Below are positions 55,032 through 64,000 of a DNA stretch of 64,000 bases, piece by piece. The DNA comes from an uncultured Arcobacter sp. (GTDB taxonomy: Bacteria > Campylobacterota > Campylobacteria > Campylobacterales > Arcobacteraceae). The DNA lies in assembly GCA_965140705.1 (NCBI GenBank), contig OZ223300.1, positions 320,001-384,000 of the forward strand. Reading direction: 5' to 3'. The position numbers were made by a program, and so were the translations under genes. Position 1 is the first letter of the stretch. Every line of letters begins with the position of its first letter. Under the pieces are notes generated by a model. The model made no database searches. It worked only from the letters and a program-made list of their open reading frames with translations, and was not told the DNA's origin.

Positions 55032-56408
55032 TTAATATTTAATTGTAAATTCAGAACCCTTACCATAAACTGAGTGAATTTCAAGCTTAAATTTATGCAA
55101 AAGTAGTATAGAGTTAACTATAAATAAACCAAGTCCTAATGAGTTGTTCCAGCCATTTTGAGAGATTCTATAAAACTTATCTGTGATTTTTGCAAGTTCA
55201 GTTTCAGATATTCCAATACCTAAATCTATGACTTTTAAATATTTGTTAGTAATTTCAATGGTAACTGTCTCTTCTGAGTATTTTAAAGCATTTTCAACTA
55301 AATTTGATATTGCCATAGAGAGTAAGGTTTCATCTGCTTCAATTGGATGATTATCTCCTTTTATTTCAATGGCTCTATTTGGATACTTGTCTTTTAAATC
55401 AACGCATATAGGAGTACAAAGATCTTTTAAGTATATTTTTCTTTTCTCAATATTCTCTTTACCCTCTTCAAGTTTTAAAACAAGTCTTAATTTATCAATG
55501 ATTTGAGTCATTTTATTTGCATTTGAATCAATTTTTGCCAAAAATTTATCTCTCATTTGCACAGGTAAATCTTTGTCATTTTGTAAAGTTTGAACATAAC
55601 CTGTAATAATAGCAATTGGATTTTTAAATTCATGGGAAATAGCACTAATTATCTCATCTTTTTGTTTATTTGCAAGTCTTAATTTAGCTGTATGTTTGGC
55701 TTTTGTTTTCTCTTTTTTTTGAAGTCTTAGGGCAACTTTATTTAATAATCTATTAATTGTAAAAAACTCTTTGGTATGAAAAACACTTAAGCTTATAGAT
55801 TCTCTTTTTTTTGTAAGACTAATTAAAAAGTGCAAGATATTGTCCGTCTCTTTTTTTATTTCATTAGATATATAGTATGAAACTGCAAAAGCTAAAAGAA
55901 GAAAAATAGAAAAAATAGCAATAAGTTGAAGACTCAATTTTATAAAATACTCTTTTATTGTACTTATATCACTAGACATTCTTATAAAATAATTATGTCC
56001 ATCAATTTTAACTTCTTTTGCAATATAAAGTAAATCTTTATTTAAAGTATGTGAATGTCTTGATATTTCACCATAATCACTAAGTTTTGCATCAATAACT
56101 TCTTCTCTATTTAGGTGATTTTCCATAAGTGATTTATCTTTATCTGTTTCAGCAATTACTTTTCCTTTTTCATTGATAATAGTTACTCTAAAGTTAGTTG
56201 CTTTTTTTATCTCTTGAACTTTTCTGTCAATATTATCTAAGTTTGGAAGTGCGATTGAAAGGGTATTGATATTTGCTAATATATTTTTTTCAATTTGTTC
56301 TAAATATATTGTTTTTGACCAAAAATAAATTACAATGGAAATTAGTATAAGTATTGATAAAAAGATAAGTATAAAACTTCTAAGGAAAAACTGATGGATT
56401 TTTAACAA
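55032..56408 (-). CDS. PhoR-like sensor histidine kinase
   Basis: MENH..R.E periplasmic motif, SHEFKNP, NLVENALKY, FYR, GLGL; next to phoU/psiE. Confidence 0.85.
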   Translation of the reverse strand: MLKIHQFFLRSFILIFLSILILISIVIYFWSKTIYLEQIEKNILANINTLSIALPNLDNIDRKVQEIKKATNFRVTIINEKGKVIAETDKDKSLMENHLNREEVIDAKLSDYGEISRHSHTLNKDLLYIAKEVKIDGHNYFIRMSSDISTIKEYFIKLSLQLIAIFSIFLLLAFAVSYYISNEIKKETDNILHFLISLTKKRESISLSVFHTKEFFTINRLLNKVALRLQKKEKTKAKHTAKLRLANKQKDEIISAISHEFKNPIAIITGYVQTLQNDKDLPVQMRDKFLAKIDSNANKMTQIIDKLRLVLKLEEGKENIEKRKIYLKDLCTPICVDLKDKYPNRAIEIKGDNHPIEADETLLSMAISNLVENALKYSEETVTIEITNKYLKVIDLGIGISETELAKITDKFYRISQNGWNNSLGLGLFIVNSILLLHKFKLEIHSVYGKGSEFTIKY

Positions 56409-57076
56409 AACATATATCCTTCACCACGAACAGATTTTATATATTTTTTATCACCATTTGGGTCAATTTTGCTTTTTAATCTTTTAACTGCCACATTTAC
56501 AGTTTTTAGTTTCTTTTCCAATGAATCTTCCCATACGGTATCTAATAAATACTCTCTACTTAAAAGAATATCTTTATTTTTAAAAAACTCTAAAAATAAA
56601 TCATGTTCTAAGGTTGTCAAATCTATTTTTGAGTCATCTATAAAAAAGCTTTTGCTAGATTTTTTATAAGTGATATCTTTTATTTTTTCTATTTCAATAT
56701 CTTTTTTGGTTCTTTTTATTACAGCTTTTACTCTAGCAATTAATTCTTTTAAATTAAAAGGTTTAGTTATATAATCATCTGCATGTTTATCAAAACCTTC
56801 TAAAATATCTTCATCTTGATCTTTTGCACTAACATAAATTACTGGTATATTGTAACCTTTGTTTTTTATATCATTTATAAATGAAGTTCCCTCTATTCCT
56901 GGTAAATTTCTATCCATAAGTATTAAATCAATCTCTTCTTCATTTAAAACTTCATATACTTTATCAGATGCATTCAAAAAGCCAATAGTTTCAAAACCCT
57001 CTTTTTGTAAGGTATATTCTAAAAGCTCTAAAATATCAACTTCATCTTCAATTATCAATATTGTTGTATTATTCAT
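56402..57076 (-). CDS. PhoB-like OmpR-family response regulator
   Basis: IEDE, MDRNLP, DDYITKPF, VRGEGY; start could be 57076 or 57088. Confidence 0.88.
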   Translation of the reverse strand: MNNTTILIIEDEVDILELLEYTLQKEGFETIGFLNASDKVYEVLNEEEIDLILMDRNLPGIEGTSFINDIKNKGYNIPVIYVSAKDQDEDILEGFDKHADDYITKPFNLKELIARVKAVIKRTKKDIEIEKIKDITYKKSSKSFFIDDSKIDLTTLEHDLFLEFFKNKDILLSREYLLDTVWEDSLEKKLKTVNVAVKRLKSKIDPNGDKKYIKSVRGEGYMFC

Positions 57077-57464
57077 CTGATTTCTCACTTATATTATCAA
57101 TTTTATGTATCCCTGGAGAGTATTTTATTGACATTATCCTAAAAATAAAAAATATAAATATAACAATTAGTAAAAAAATTATATCAACATAGTCCATTTC
57201 TTTATGGGATGCTTGAATAATTACGTCTCTAATTAGAAAGATAATGAATAAATCAATGACAAATCGGAGTCGTAATTTCTCTTTTTTTATGAAATCAGAA
57301 ATCATTTTAACAACTTCCATGATAACAATAAATTCAAGCATATAGATAATTGCTTTAGAAAACTCTAATCCTGAGATGATAATAGCAATGAACAAAATCA
57401 TTGCTATTAGTACTTCGTAGTTACTGCGGAAATATTTGTTTATTTTTGCAAAAGCTCTTTTCAT
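57069..57464 (-). CDS. PsiE-family (phosphate-starvation-inducible) membrane protein
   Basis: Small multi-TM protein with E.V.M, ID..I.F.IRD motifs in a Pho cluster. Confidence 0.75.
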   Translation of the reverse strand: MKRAFAKINKYFRSNYEVLIAMILFIAIIISGLEFSKAIIYMLEFIVIMEVVKMISDFIKKEKLRLRFVIDLFIIFLIRDVIIQASHKEMDYVDIIFLLIVIFIFFIFRIMSIKYSPGIHKIDNISEKSDE

Positions 57465-57487
57465 AAGTTAGACTATAGTATCAACTA

Positions 57488-58159
57488 CTATTTTCTTTCT
57501 AATTCTCCACCTTGCTCAGCAAAAAGCAATAAGTGAGCAATAGAAACTGCTCTATCAGATATTTTTTCTAATTTTCTTAATGATGTTAAAATTTCGAAAT
57601 ACTCTTTCGATAAATCTAAATTTTTAGAGATAAGTTTTAATAGGTTTTTTTCAATCATTGAATATAAATCATCAGTTTTACTCTCTTCAACTACAACTCT
57701 TTGGTATTTTTCTTCTATATGATTTGAAGTTGATTCTTTTATAATTGACATTGCTGTTTGAAGAGAAAGTATAGTTGATTTTAACAATGGAATAGCAAAT
57801 TCTAAGATTGTTTTAGTATTTAAATCTTCACTAAATGAGCTTCTAAATATTTTTATAAAACCTTTTGTATTACCACCTGCTCTTATAATTTCATTTGTAA
57901 TTTTAAAATAAGAAACCAATTCTCTTAAATCTCTTGCTTCTGGTTGATACAAGGCAAGGGCTGTAACGATAGAATTATCAATATCATTTGATTTATTTGT
58001 AAGCTTTTTTAAAGATAATTCTGCATCTTTTAATGCTTTTATATCTTCATCTTTTAATGCTTTTAGTGCATTATTTAAAGATTCAATTACTATATCTCCA
58101 ATTTCTAACAATTCATTTTGAATTTGTTCTCTTTTTGTTTCATAAACTTTTAACATCAT
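57488..58159 (-). CDS. phoU: Phosphate signalling regulator PhoU
   Basis: LYQPEARDLR, D.LY, LEKISDRA..IA repeats. Confidence 0.9.
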   Translation of the reverse strand: MMLKVYETKREQIQNELLEIGDIVIESLNNALKALKDEDIKALKDAELSLKKLTNKSNDIDNSIVTALALYQPEARDLRELVSYFKITNEIIRAGGNTKGFIKIFRSSFSEDLNTKTILEFAIPLLKSTILSLQTAMSIIKESTSNHIEEKYQRVVVEESKTDDLYSMIEKNLLKLISKNLDLSKEYFEILTSLRKLEKISDRAVSIAHLLLFAEQGGELERK

Positions 58160-58197
58160 CTACGCCTTCCAATTATAAAATATATATTTTGTTGGAC

Positions 58198-58230
58198 ATT
58201 ATAGTTTATAATAATTACAAGATGATTACA
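58198..58230 (-). promoter_or_regulatory. Pho-box-like direct repeat TGTAATC-N4-TGTAATT plus -10 TATAAT upstream of phoU
   Basis: 11-bp periodic heptamers lying 9 nt upstream of a perfect -10. Confidence 0.6.
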
Positions 58231-58232
58231 TT

Positions 58233-59963
58233 TTAAAATGAAGCACTTATTGGTCTATCTAAATCCTTTGAGTATTTTTTCATTACATTTAAAGTGTAAT
58301 CAAAGTTTTTTACTTTTGAATTATTTGATATCTCAATAATAGCACAAGAGCATGATAAAAGTTTAAATATCCTATCTTCACCAAATCTATCTTTTCCTTT
58401 TATATGACCATTTTTTTTATCTGTTTCATTATATAGATTTTTTACAGACCATCTAAATTCATCTAAAACTTCTTTTGTAGTTAGGTAAACCTCTTCAATA
58501 TCATTATTTTTTATACCTATAAAAAAGTCATCTCCTCCAATATGTGCTATAAAAGTGTCGTTGGGATATTTTTTTTGTAAAAGTTCTGCAAATAAAAGTA
58601 TTGCTCTATCACCTTGTCTAAATCCATAAGTATCATTAAAAGGTTTAAAATTGTCAAAGTCAAAATATAAAATATGTGAAGTATAAGTATTTTTATTTTC
58701 TAAACTATTGTAAATAAATCGTTCGATTTGATTATTCCCTGGTAGCCTTGTTAGTGGATTTTGGTTCTCTGCAATCTCTATTGTTCTTTTATGTGAAAGT
58801 TGTAAAAGGGATCTTAAATCAATAAAACCATGATATTTATTTGCTTTTGTAATAAATATACCAGATGAATTTGGGTCTTGATTAAAGATTTGTAGGGCTT
58901 TATCAATCCCCCATGAGGCTTCTATTGAAATCACTGGTTTTACATATTTACTTATTTTGGAACTGTATGATTTATTTTGTGCTAGGGCTAATCCATATTG
59001 TGAGTATGAAATTTGTTTAATATCAACTTCATAAATAACACCAATAAAGTTATCATAATCATCTATTATTGGTACAAAACTACTATGTGTATAATCTTTA
59101 AAATATAAAAATAAAGAGTGCAACGATGAATTAATATTAAGAGGAACAATATTTTGAATATATTCTTGTTCTATTGGTGCATTATCATCGGCTCTTTTTT
59201 CATTTAGCAAATATTTTACTATCTCTTTATATAAAGGTTTTATTTCATCAATTTGTACAGTTGGTTTTTGTACAAAAAAACCTTGAATAAAATCAGCTCC
59301 AATATTTTTACAAGTATAAAATTCTTTTAATGTTTCAACACCTTCTGCTACAACCTTCATTCCCATAATATGTGCCATATTTATAATAGATGAACAAAAT
59401 AGTCTTTTTTTAGCATCTCCATTTATATTTTCTATGAAAAATCTATCTATTTTTATTATATTTGCTTGTGAAAAGTATAATAGTTTTAAACCTGAAACTC
59501 CAACTCCAAAGTCATCAATGGCAATATTATAATTACTACTATTGTAGTTATGTATCATTTCAATTAAATCGGTTTGATCTTCTAATGTTCCTCTTTCACT
59601 TAATTCAAAACAAATTATACTTTTAGGCAAGTTGTATTTTTTTAATATTTTTTTTGTATTGCCTTTTGTATAGTTTTTTGCATGAATAGTTCTATTATCA
59701 AGATTATAAAAAAGTTGTAGATTTTCAATATCTATTTTAGAAAACTTTTCAATTGCTTTTTCTCTTAACATTAAGTCAAACTCATATAAGTAGTTCTCTT
59801 CATATGCTAAATCAAAAATATCATGAATATAATTTATATTAGGTATTTTTTCTACATTTCTAAGAAGTGCTTCAACTGCAAAAATTTTACCAGAGTGAGC
59901 ATGTATAATAGGCTGAAAAGCATAATCGAGTTTTTCAACAATTGAATTCCATTTTATTTTCAT
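58233..59963 (-). CDS. EAL - CBS-like - GGDEF c-di-GMP turnover protein
   Basis: FQPI, EAL, DDFG.G, KID, AEGVE, QG; NPLTRLPG, FKPFNDTYG..GD, GGDDF. Confidence 0.92.
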   Translation of the reverse strand: MKIKWNSIVEKLDYAFQPIIHAHSGKIFAVEALLRNVEKIPNINYIHDIFDLAYEENYLYEFDLMLREKAIEKFSKIDIENLQLFYNLDNRTIHAKNYTKGNTKKILKKYNLPKSIICFELSERGTLEDQTDLIEMIHNYNSSNYNIAIDDFGVGVSGLKLLYFSQANIIKIDRFFIENINGDAKKRLFCSSIINMAHIMGMKVVAEGVETLKEFYTCKNIGADFIQGFFVQKPTVQIDEIKPLYKEIVKYLLNEKRADDNAPIEQEYIQNIVPLNINSSLHSLFLYFKDYTHSSFVPIIDDYDNFIGVIYEVDIKQISYSQYGLALAQNKSYSSKISKYVKPVISIEASWGIDKALQIFNQDPNSSGIFITKANKYHGFIDLRSLLQLSHKRTIEIAENQNPLTRLPGNNQIERFIYNSLENKNTYTSHILYFDFDNFKPFNDTYGFRQGDRAILLFAELLQKKYPNDTFIAHIGGDDFFIGIKNNDIEEVYLTTKEVLDEFRWSVKNLYNETDKKNGHIKGKDRFGEDRIFKLLSCSCAIIEISNNSKVKNFDYTLNVMKKYSKDLDRPISASF

Positions 59964-60099
59964 ATTTTAATCCTATTTATAGCCTTTTCTCTTTGTTCGC
60001 GTAAAAGATAAAGGGCTATAACTAAAATCAAAAAAAGTTATCTCTTTTTTTAATTTTTAATTTTTGGAATATTTGTATGGTTATATTTTAATAGGTGAA

Positions 60100-60132
60100 A
60101 GTCTATTTTAAAATGATTACATTTTGATTACG
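60100..60132 (-). promoter_or_regulatory. Pho-box-like direct repeat CGTAATC-N4-TGTAATC plus -10 TAGACT upstream of the EAL/GGDEF gene
   Basis: Same heptamer, 11-bp period and 9-nt spacing to the -10 as at phoU. Confidence 0.55.
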
Positions 60133-60161
60133 TAAGTAGATAAAAAAGTGAAACTAATGGA

Positions 60162-61229
60162 TTATAATCCATTAGCCTCAATTGCTTTTGATTGTGCATC
60201 TGTGATTAATGGGTCTATTATTTCATCAAATAGTCCATCATTCATAATTGCCTCAAGTCTGTATAATGTTAGGTTAATTCTATGGTCACTTATTCGGCCT
60301 TGTGGATAATTATAAGTTCTAATTCTTCCACTTCTGTCCCCAGTTCCAACTTGTTCTTTTCTGCTGGCACCTTCAGAGTCCATTTTTTCTTGCATTTGAA
60401 TGTCATAAAGTCTAGCTTTTAAAACTTTCATTGCTTTATCTTTATTTTTATGTTGAGATTTTTGGTCTTGGTTAGTTACCACAAGTCCTGATGGAATATG
60501 TGTAATTCTAACTGCAGAGTCTGTCGTATTTACAGATTGTCCACCATTTCCACTTGCTCTCATAACATCAATTTTTAAATCACTTGGATCGATTTGAATT
60601 TCTACATCATCAACTTCTGGCATAACTGCTACAGTGATAGCTGATGTATGAACTCTACCTTGAGATTCTGTTGCGGGAACTCTTTGAACTCTATGTGTTC
60701 CACTCTCATATTTTAGTCTTGAATAAACCTGTTCACCTTTAAATAAAGCTACAATTTCTTTATATCCACCTGCTTCATTTTCACTTTGGTTCATTATCTC
60801 AACTTTCCACCCTTTTAGTTCTGCATATCTTAAGTATGCTCTAAATAGGTTTCCTACGAATATTCCTGCTTCATCCCCACCTGCACCAGCTCTTAGTTCT
60901 ATAAAAATATTTTTATCATCATTAGGATCTTTAGGTATCATAAGAACTTTTATCTCTTCTTCAATAGTAGGTTTTCTAACCTCTAAATCTCTAAGTTCTT
61001 CTTTTGCTAAATCACCTAATTCTGGATCATCAAGTAATGCTTTATTATCTTGAATATCATTTAAAACACTTATATATTCTTTAGCTTTATTTACGATTGG
61101 TTCAATTGCTGACTGCTCTTTTGAAAGGGTAGTCATCCTTTTTATGTCTGAAGAGATATCTGGAGAAGCTAATAATCCATTAATCTCCTCATATCTATCA
61201 ATAAATAGTTGTAATTTATCTTGTAACAT
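60162..61229 (-). CDS. prfA: Peptide chain release factor 1
   Basis: GGDEA, PAT specificity loop, GGQ motif, IRTYN. Confidence 0.97.
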   Translation of the reverse strand: MLQDKLQLFIDRYEEINGLLASPDISSDIKRMTTLSKEQSAIEPIVNKAKEYISVLNDIQDNKALLDDPELGDLAKEELRDLEVRKPTIEEEIKVLMIPKDPNDDKNIFIELRAGAGGDEAGIFVGNLFRAYLRYAELKGWKVEIMNQSENEAGGYKEIVALFKGEQVYSRLKYESGTHRVQRVPATESQGRVHTSAITVAVMPEVDDVEIQIDPSDLKIDVMRASGNGGQSVNTTDSAVRITHIPSGLVVTNQDQKSQHKNKDKAMKVLKARLYDIQMQEKMDSEGASRKEQVGTGDRSGRIRTYNYPQGRISDHRINLTLYRLEAIMNDGLFDEIIDPLITDAQSKAIEANGL

Positions 61230-61295
61230 ATTTTATTGTATGTATAAGCAAATAAATAAAATTAACTACCATATTTTTATGATAGTAAATTTTTA

Positions 61296-61556
61296 TTAAA
61301 GTGCGTTAACTTTAACTTGTAGTCTACTAACTTTTCTAGCTGCAGTTCCTTTTTTAAGGATACCTTTTGCAATACAATGGTGCATGTATTTATTTGCAGT
61401 TTTCATAGCAACAGTTGCTTTTTCTTTGTCATTAGCCTCAACTGCAGATATTACTTCTTTAGTTATGTTTTTAATTCTTGTTTTGTAAAATCTGTTTCTC
61501 TCAGTTTTTACTAACGTTTGTTTAGCTCTTTTAGCCGAAGATTTGTGGTTTGCCAT
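61296..61556 (-). CDS. rpsT: 30S ribosomal protein S20
   Basis: MANHKSSAKR, AARKVSRL. Confidence 0.98.
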   Translation of the reverse strand: MANHKSSAKRAKQTLVKTERNRFYKTRIKNITKEVISAVEANDKEKATVAMKTANKYMHHCIAKGILKKGTAARKVSRLQVKVNAL

Positions 61557-61646
61557 TTTTAACCTCTTTATAATTTTTTTAAGGCTAGAATACTAGCCAA
61601 ATAACTTTAAAGTAAGTTTAAATTAAGTTTAATTTTAGGATTTTTC

Positions 61647-62981
61647 ATGAAACTATTTGGTACTGATGGCGTAAGAGGACAAGCGGGGTCATTTTTAGAT
61701 GCGATGACTGTAATGAAACTAGCAATGGCTGCTGGAATATTTTTTAGAAAACACTCATATACAAACAAAATTTTAGTAGGAAAAGATACTAGAAGAAGTG
61801 GTTATATGATTGAAAATGCACTTGTTTCTGGACTGACGGCCGTGGGATACGATGTTATCCAAATAGGACCAATGCCTACACCTGCTATTGCATTCTTAAC
61901 AGAATCAATGAGATGTGATGCTGGAATTATGATATCTGCTTCACATAATCCCTTTGAAGACAACGGAATTAAATTTTTTGATCAAAATGGAAATAAGTTA
62001 GGAATGGATGGTGAAAAAGCAATAGAAGAGTTGTTTTTTGATGATGAAGCTAGAGCTTGTGCACAAAAAACAGGTAAAGAAATTGGTTCTTCAAAAAGAA
62101 TTGATGATGTTATTGGAAGATATATTGTATCAATTAAAAGTTCATTTCCAAAAGATTTGACATTAAGTGGTCTTAGAATTGTTCTTGATTGTGCAAATGG
62201 AGCAGCTTATAAAGTAGCACCTACAATTTTAGAAGAACTAGGAGCTGAAGTCTTTACAATAAATGCAAAACCAAATGGATTTAATATCAATGAATTAAGT
62301 GGTGCAATGTATCCAGAAAATGTTGCAAAGATTGTAAAAGAAGTAAGAGCTGATATTGGATTAGCTTTAGATGGAGATGCAGATAGACTAGTAGTAATAG
62401 ATGAAAATGGTGATACTGTTGATGGGGATAAACTATTAGGCGCCCTATGTGTCTATCTAAGTGGTAAGGGACTTTTAAAAGGTGAAGCTTGTGTTGCTAC
62501 AGTTATGAGTAATAAAGCCTTAGAGGACTACTTAGACTCATTTGATTTAAAACTAAATAGAACAGATGTTGGTGATAAAAATGTTTTAGTAAATATGAAA
62601 GAAAATGATATAAACTTTGGAGGAGAGCAAAGTGGACATGTTATTTTCTCTGATGTTTCAAAAACAGGAGATGGTCTTGCAACTGCACTTCAAGTATTAG
62701 CATATGTTTTAGAAAGTGGTAAAAAAGCTAGTGAAGCTTTAAATAAATTTGAACTATATCCACAAGTGTTAAAAAATATAAAAGTAAATGAAAAAATTCC
62801 TTTAGATAAAATTGAAGGATTAAAAGAACTCCAAGCAGAAATCAAATCTAAAGGTATGAGAGATTTAATTAGATATTCTGGAACAGAGAATAAACTAAGA
62901 ATTTTGATTGAAGGTCGAGATAAAAAGTTAGTAAATGAATATATGGATAAATTAATAGAGTTTTTAAATAAAAAACTATGA
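61647..62981 (+). CDS. glmM: Phosphoglucosamine mutase
   Basis: [34 protein letters not shown]. Confidence 0.97.
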   Translation: MKLFGTDGVRGQAGSFLDAMTVMKLAMAAGIFFRKHSYTNKILVGKDTRRSGYMIENALVSGLTAVGYDVIQIGPMPTPAIAFLTESMRCDAGIMISASHNPFEDNGIKFFDQNGNKLGMDGEKAIEELFFDDEARACAQKTGKEIGSSKRIDDVIGRYIVSIKSSFPKDLTLSGLRIVLDCANGAAYKVAPTILEELGAEVFTINAKPNGFNINELSGAMYPENVAKIVKEVRADIGLALDGDADRLVVIDENGDTVDGDKLLGALCVYLSGKGLLKGEACVATVMSNKALEDYLDSFDLKLNRTDVGDKNVLVNMKENDINFGGEQSGHVIFSDVSKTGDGLATALQVLAYVLESGKKASEALNKFELYPQVLKNIKVNEKIPLDKIEGLKELQAEIKSKGMRDLIRYSGTENKLRILIEGRDKKLVNEYMDKLIEFLNKKL

Positions 62982-63439
62982 ATAAGAAATTAATTGTTTC
63001 TCTAATAATTTTTGTATTATTAGTTTTAATAGATCAAGCCATTAAATATGGTTTTGTATTTTTAAATTTTGGTTTTGAAAGTGATTGCATATCTTTAGTT
63101 CTAGCATATAATTATGGTGTAGCATTTTCAATGTTTGAGTTTTTGAGTGAATATTTGAAATTTATACAATTAGCACTTATAATTTGTATATTGATTTATT
63201 TATACTTTAATAAAGAAGTATTTTTAAAGTATTATATACCTGTTTCTATACTACTTGCAGGTGGTTTATCTAATATTTTAGATAGATTTACATATGGGGC
63301 AGTTGTTGATTATGTTTATTGGCATTGTGGTTTTGATTTTGCAATATTTAATTTTGCAGATGTAATTATTGATTTTGCTATTGCAATAATTTTATATATG
63401 CAGTATAAACAATATAAAGAAGATAAAAAAAGAGCTTAA
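62978..63439 (+). CDS. lspA: Lipoprotein signal peptidase
   Basis: DQ..K, N.GVAFS, NILDR...GAVVD, FNFAD. Confidence 0.95.
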   Translation: MNKKLIVSLIIFVLLVLIDQAIKYGFVFLNFGFESDCISLVLAYNYGVAFSMFEFLSEYLKFIQLALIICILIYLYFNKEVFLKYYIPVSILLAGGLSNILDRFTYGAVVDYVYWHCGFDFAIFNFADVIIDFAIAIILYMQYKQYKEDKKRA

Positions 63440-63517
63440 AAGAGTTTTTGAAAGCTAAACAGATTTTAGCTATAATCGAGCAAATTAAAAAAGATAAGTT
63501 TAATAAAGAGAGAAAAG

Positions 63518-64000
63518 ATGGGTCAAACAATTACAGAAAAAATTTTTAGCGAACATGTAGGACATGAAGTTTATGCAGGTGAGATTGTAAGAAGTCCAAT
63601 TGATATGGTTATTGGAAATGACATTACAACTCCTATTTCTATTAGAGCATTTGAAGAGGGTGGTTTTGAAAAATTAGCAAACCCAGATGGTTTTGCAATC
63701 GTACTTGATCACTTTATCCCTGCAAAAGATATTGCATCGGCAAACCAAGCAAAAATCTCAAGAGATTTTGCTTTAAAACATAATTTAAAATTATTTTTTG
63801 ATGAAAAAGATATGGGAATTGAACATGCACTTTTACCTGAAAAAGGTTTAGTATTACCAGGTGATGTTATTATTGGTGCTGATTCACATACCTGTACTCA
63901 TGGGGCATTAGGTGCATTTTCTACTGGAATGGGAAGTACTGATATCTCTTTTGGAATGATTACCGGTGGAAACTGGTTTAAAGTTCCTGAGTCTATAAAA
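63518..64000 (+). CDS. leuC: 3-isopropylmalate dehydratase large subunit (5' part; runs off the window, missing from the ORF track)
   Basis: Manual translation MGQTITEKIF...LDH...GIEH...GADSHTCTHGALGAFSTGMGSTD. Confidence 0.9.
   Translation, partial: MGQTITEKIFSEHVGHEVYAGEIVRSPIDMVIGNDITTPISIRAFEEGGFEKLANPDGFAIVLDHFIPAKDIASANQAKISRDFALKHNLKLFFDEKDMGIEHALLPEKGLVLPGDVIIGADSHTCTHGALGAFSTGMGSTDISFGMITGGNWFKVPESIK

Overview
This is an AT-rich chromosomal window from a Campylobacterota bacterium, most likely family Arcobacteraceae, judged from the 16S sequence and gene content. Most of it is housekeeping: hisZ-purA-carA, ispDF/pgpA, thiC, mrp, methionine-pathway genes (metH, luxS), a complete rRNA operon (16S, tRNA-Ile, tRNA-Ala, 23S, 5S), hisIE, ilvE, a tripartite tricarboxylate transporter with a two-component system, the four-gene pyruvate:ferredoxin oxidoreductase operon, rplM/rpsI, a Pho-type regulatory cluster, prfA, rpsT, glmM, lspA and the start of leuC. 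Six items stand out. (1) An uncharacterised seven-gene module at 33.2-37.7 kb: hemerythrin, small protein, MoxR-like AAA+ ATPase, a VWA/DUF2201 protein with a degenerate HExxH motif, two paralogous helical proteins and a small protein. It carries two sigma54-type promoters, each placed so that transcription would start at or next to an SD-less ATG. (2) Two tandem ~70-nt sibling sRNA candidates at 46.2-46.5 kb with an anti-SD/anti-AUG stretch that matches the neighbouring tctB start region at 12/13 nt. (3) Two ERIC-like palindromic elements whose ends overlap gene stop codons. (4) A lone DUF3883-type nuclease gene, a candidate defence gene. (5) An unannotated 32-aa membrane-peptide gene with its own promoter after the 5S rRNA. 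(6) A shared Pho-box-like direct repeat upstream of phoU and an EAL/GGDEF gene. All calls come from reading the sequence; no database searches were run.
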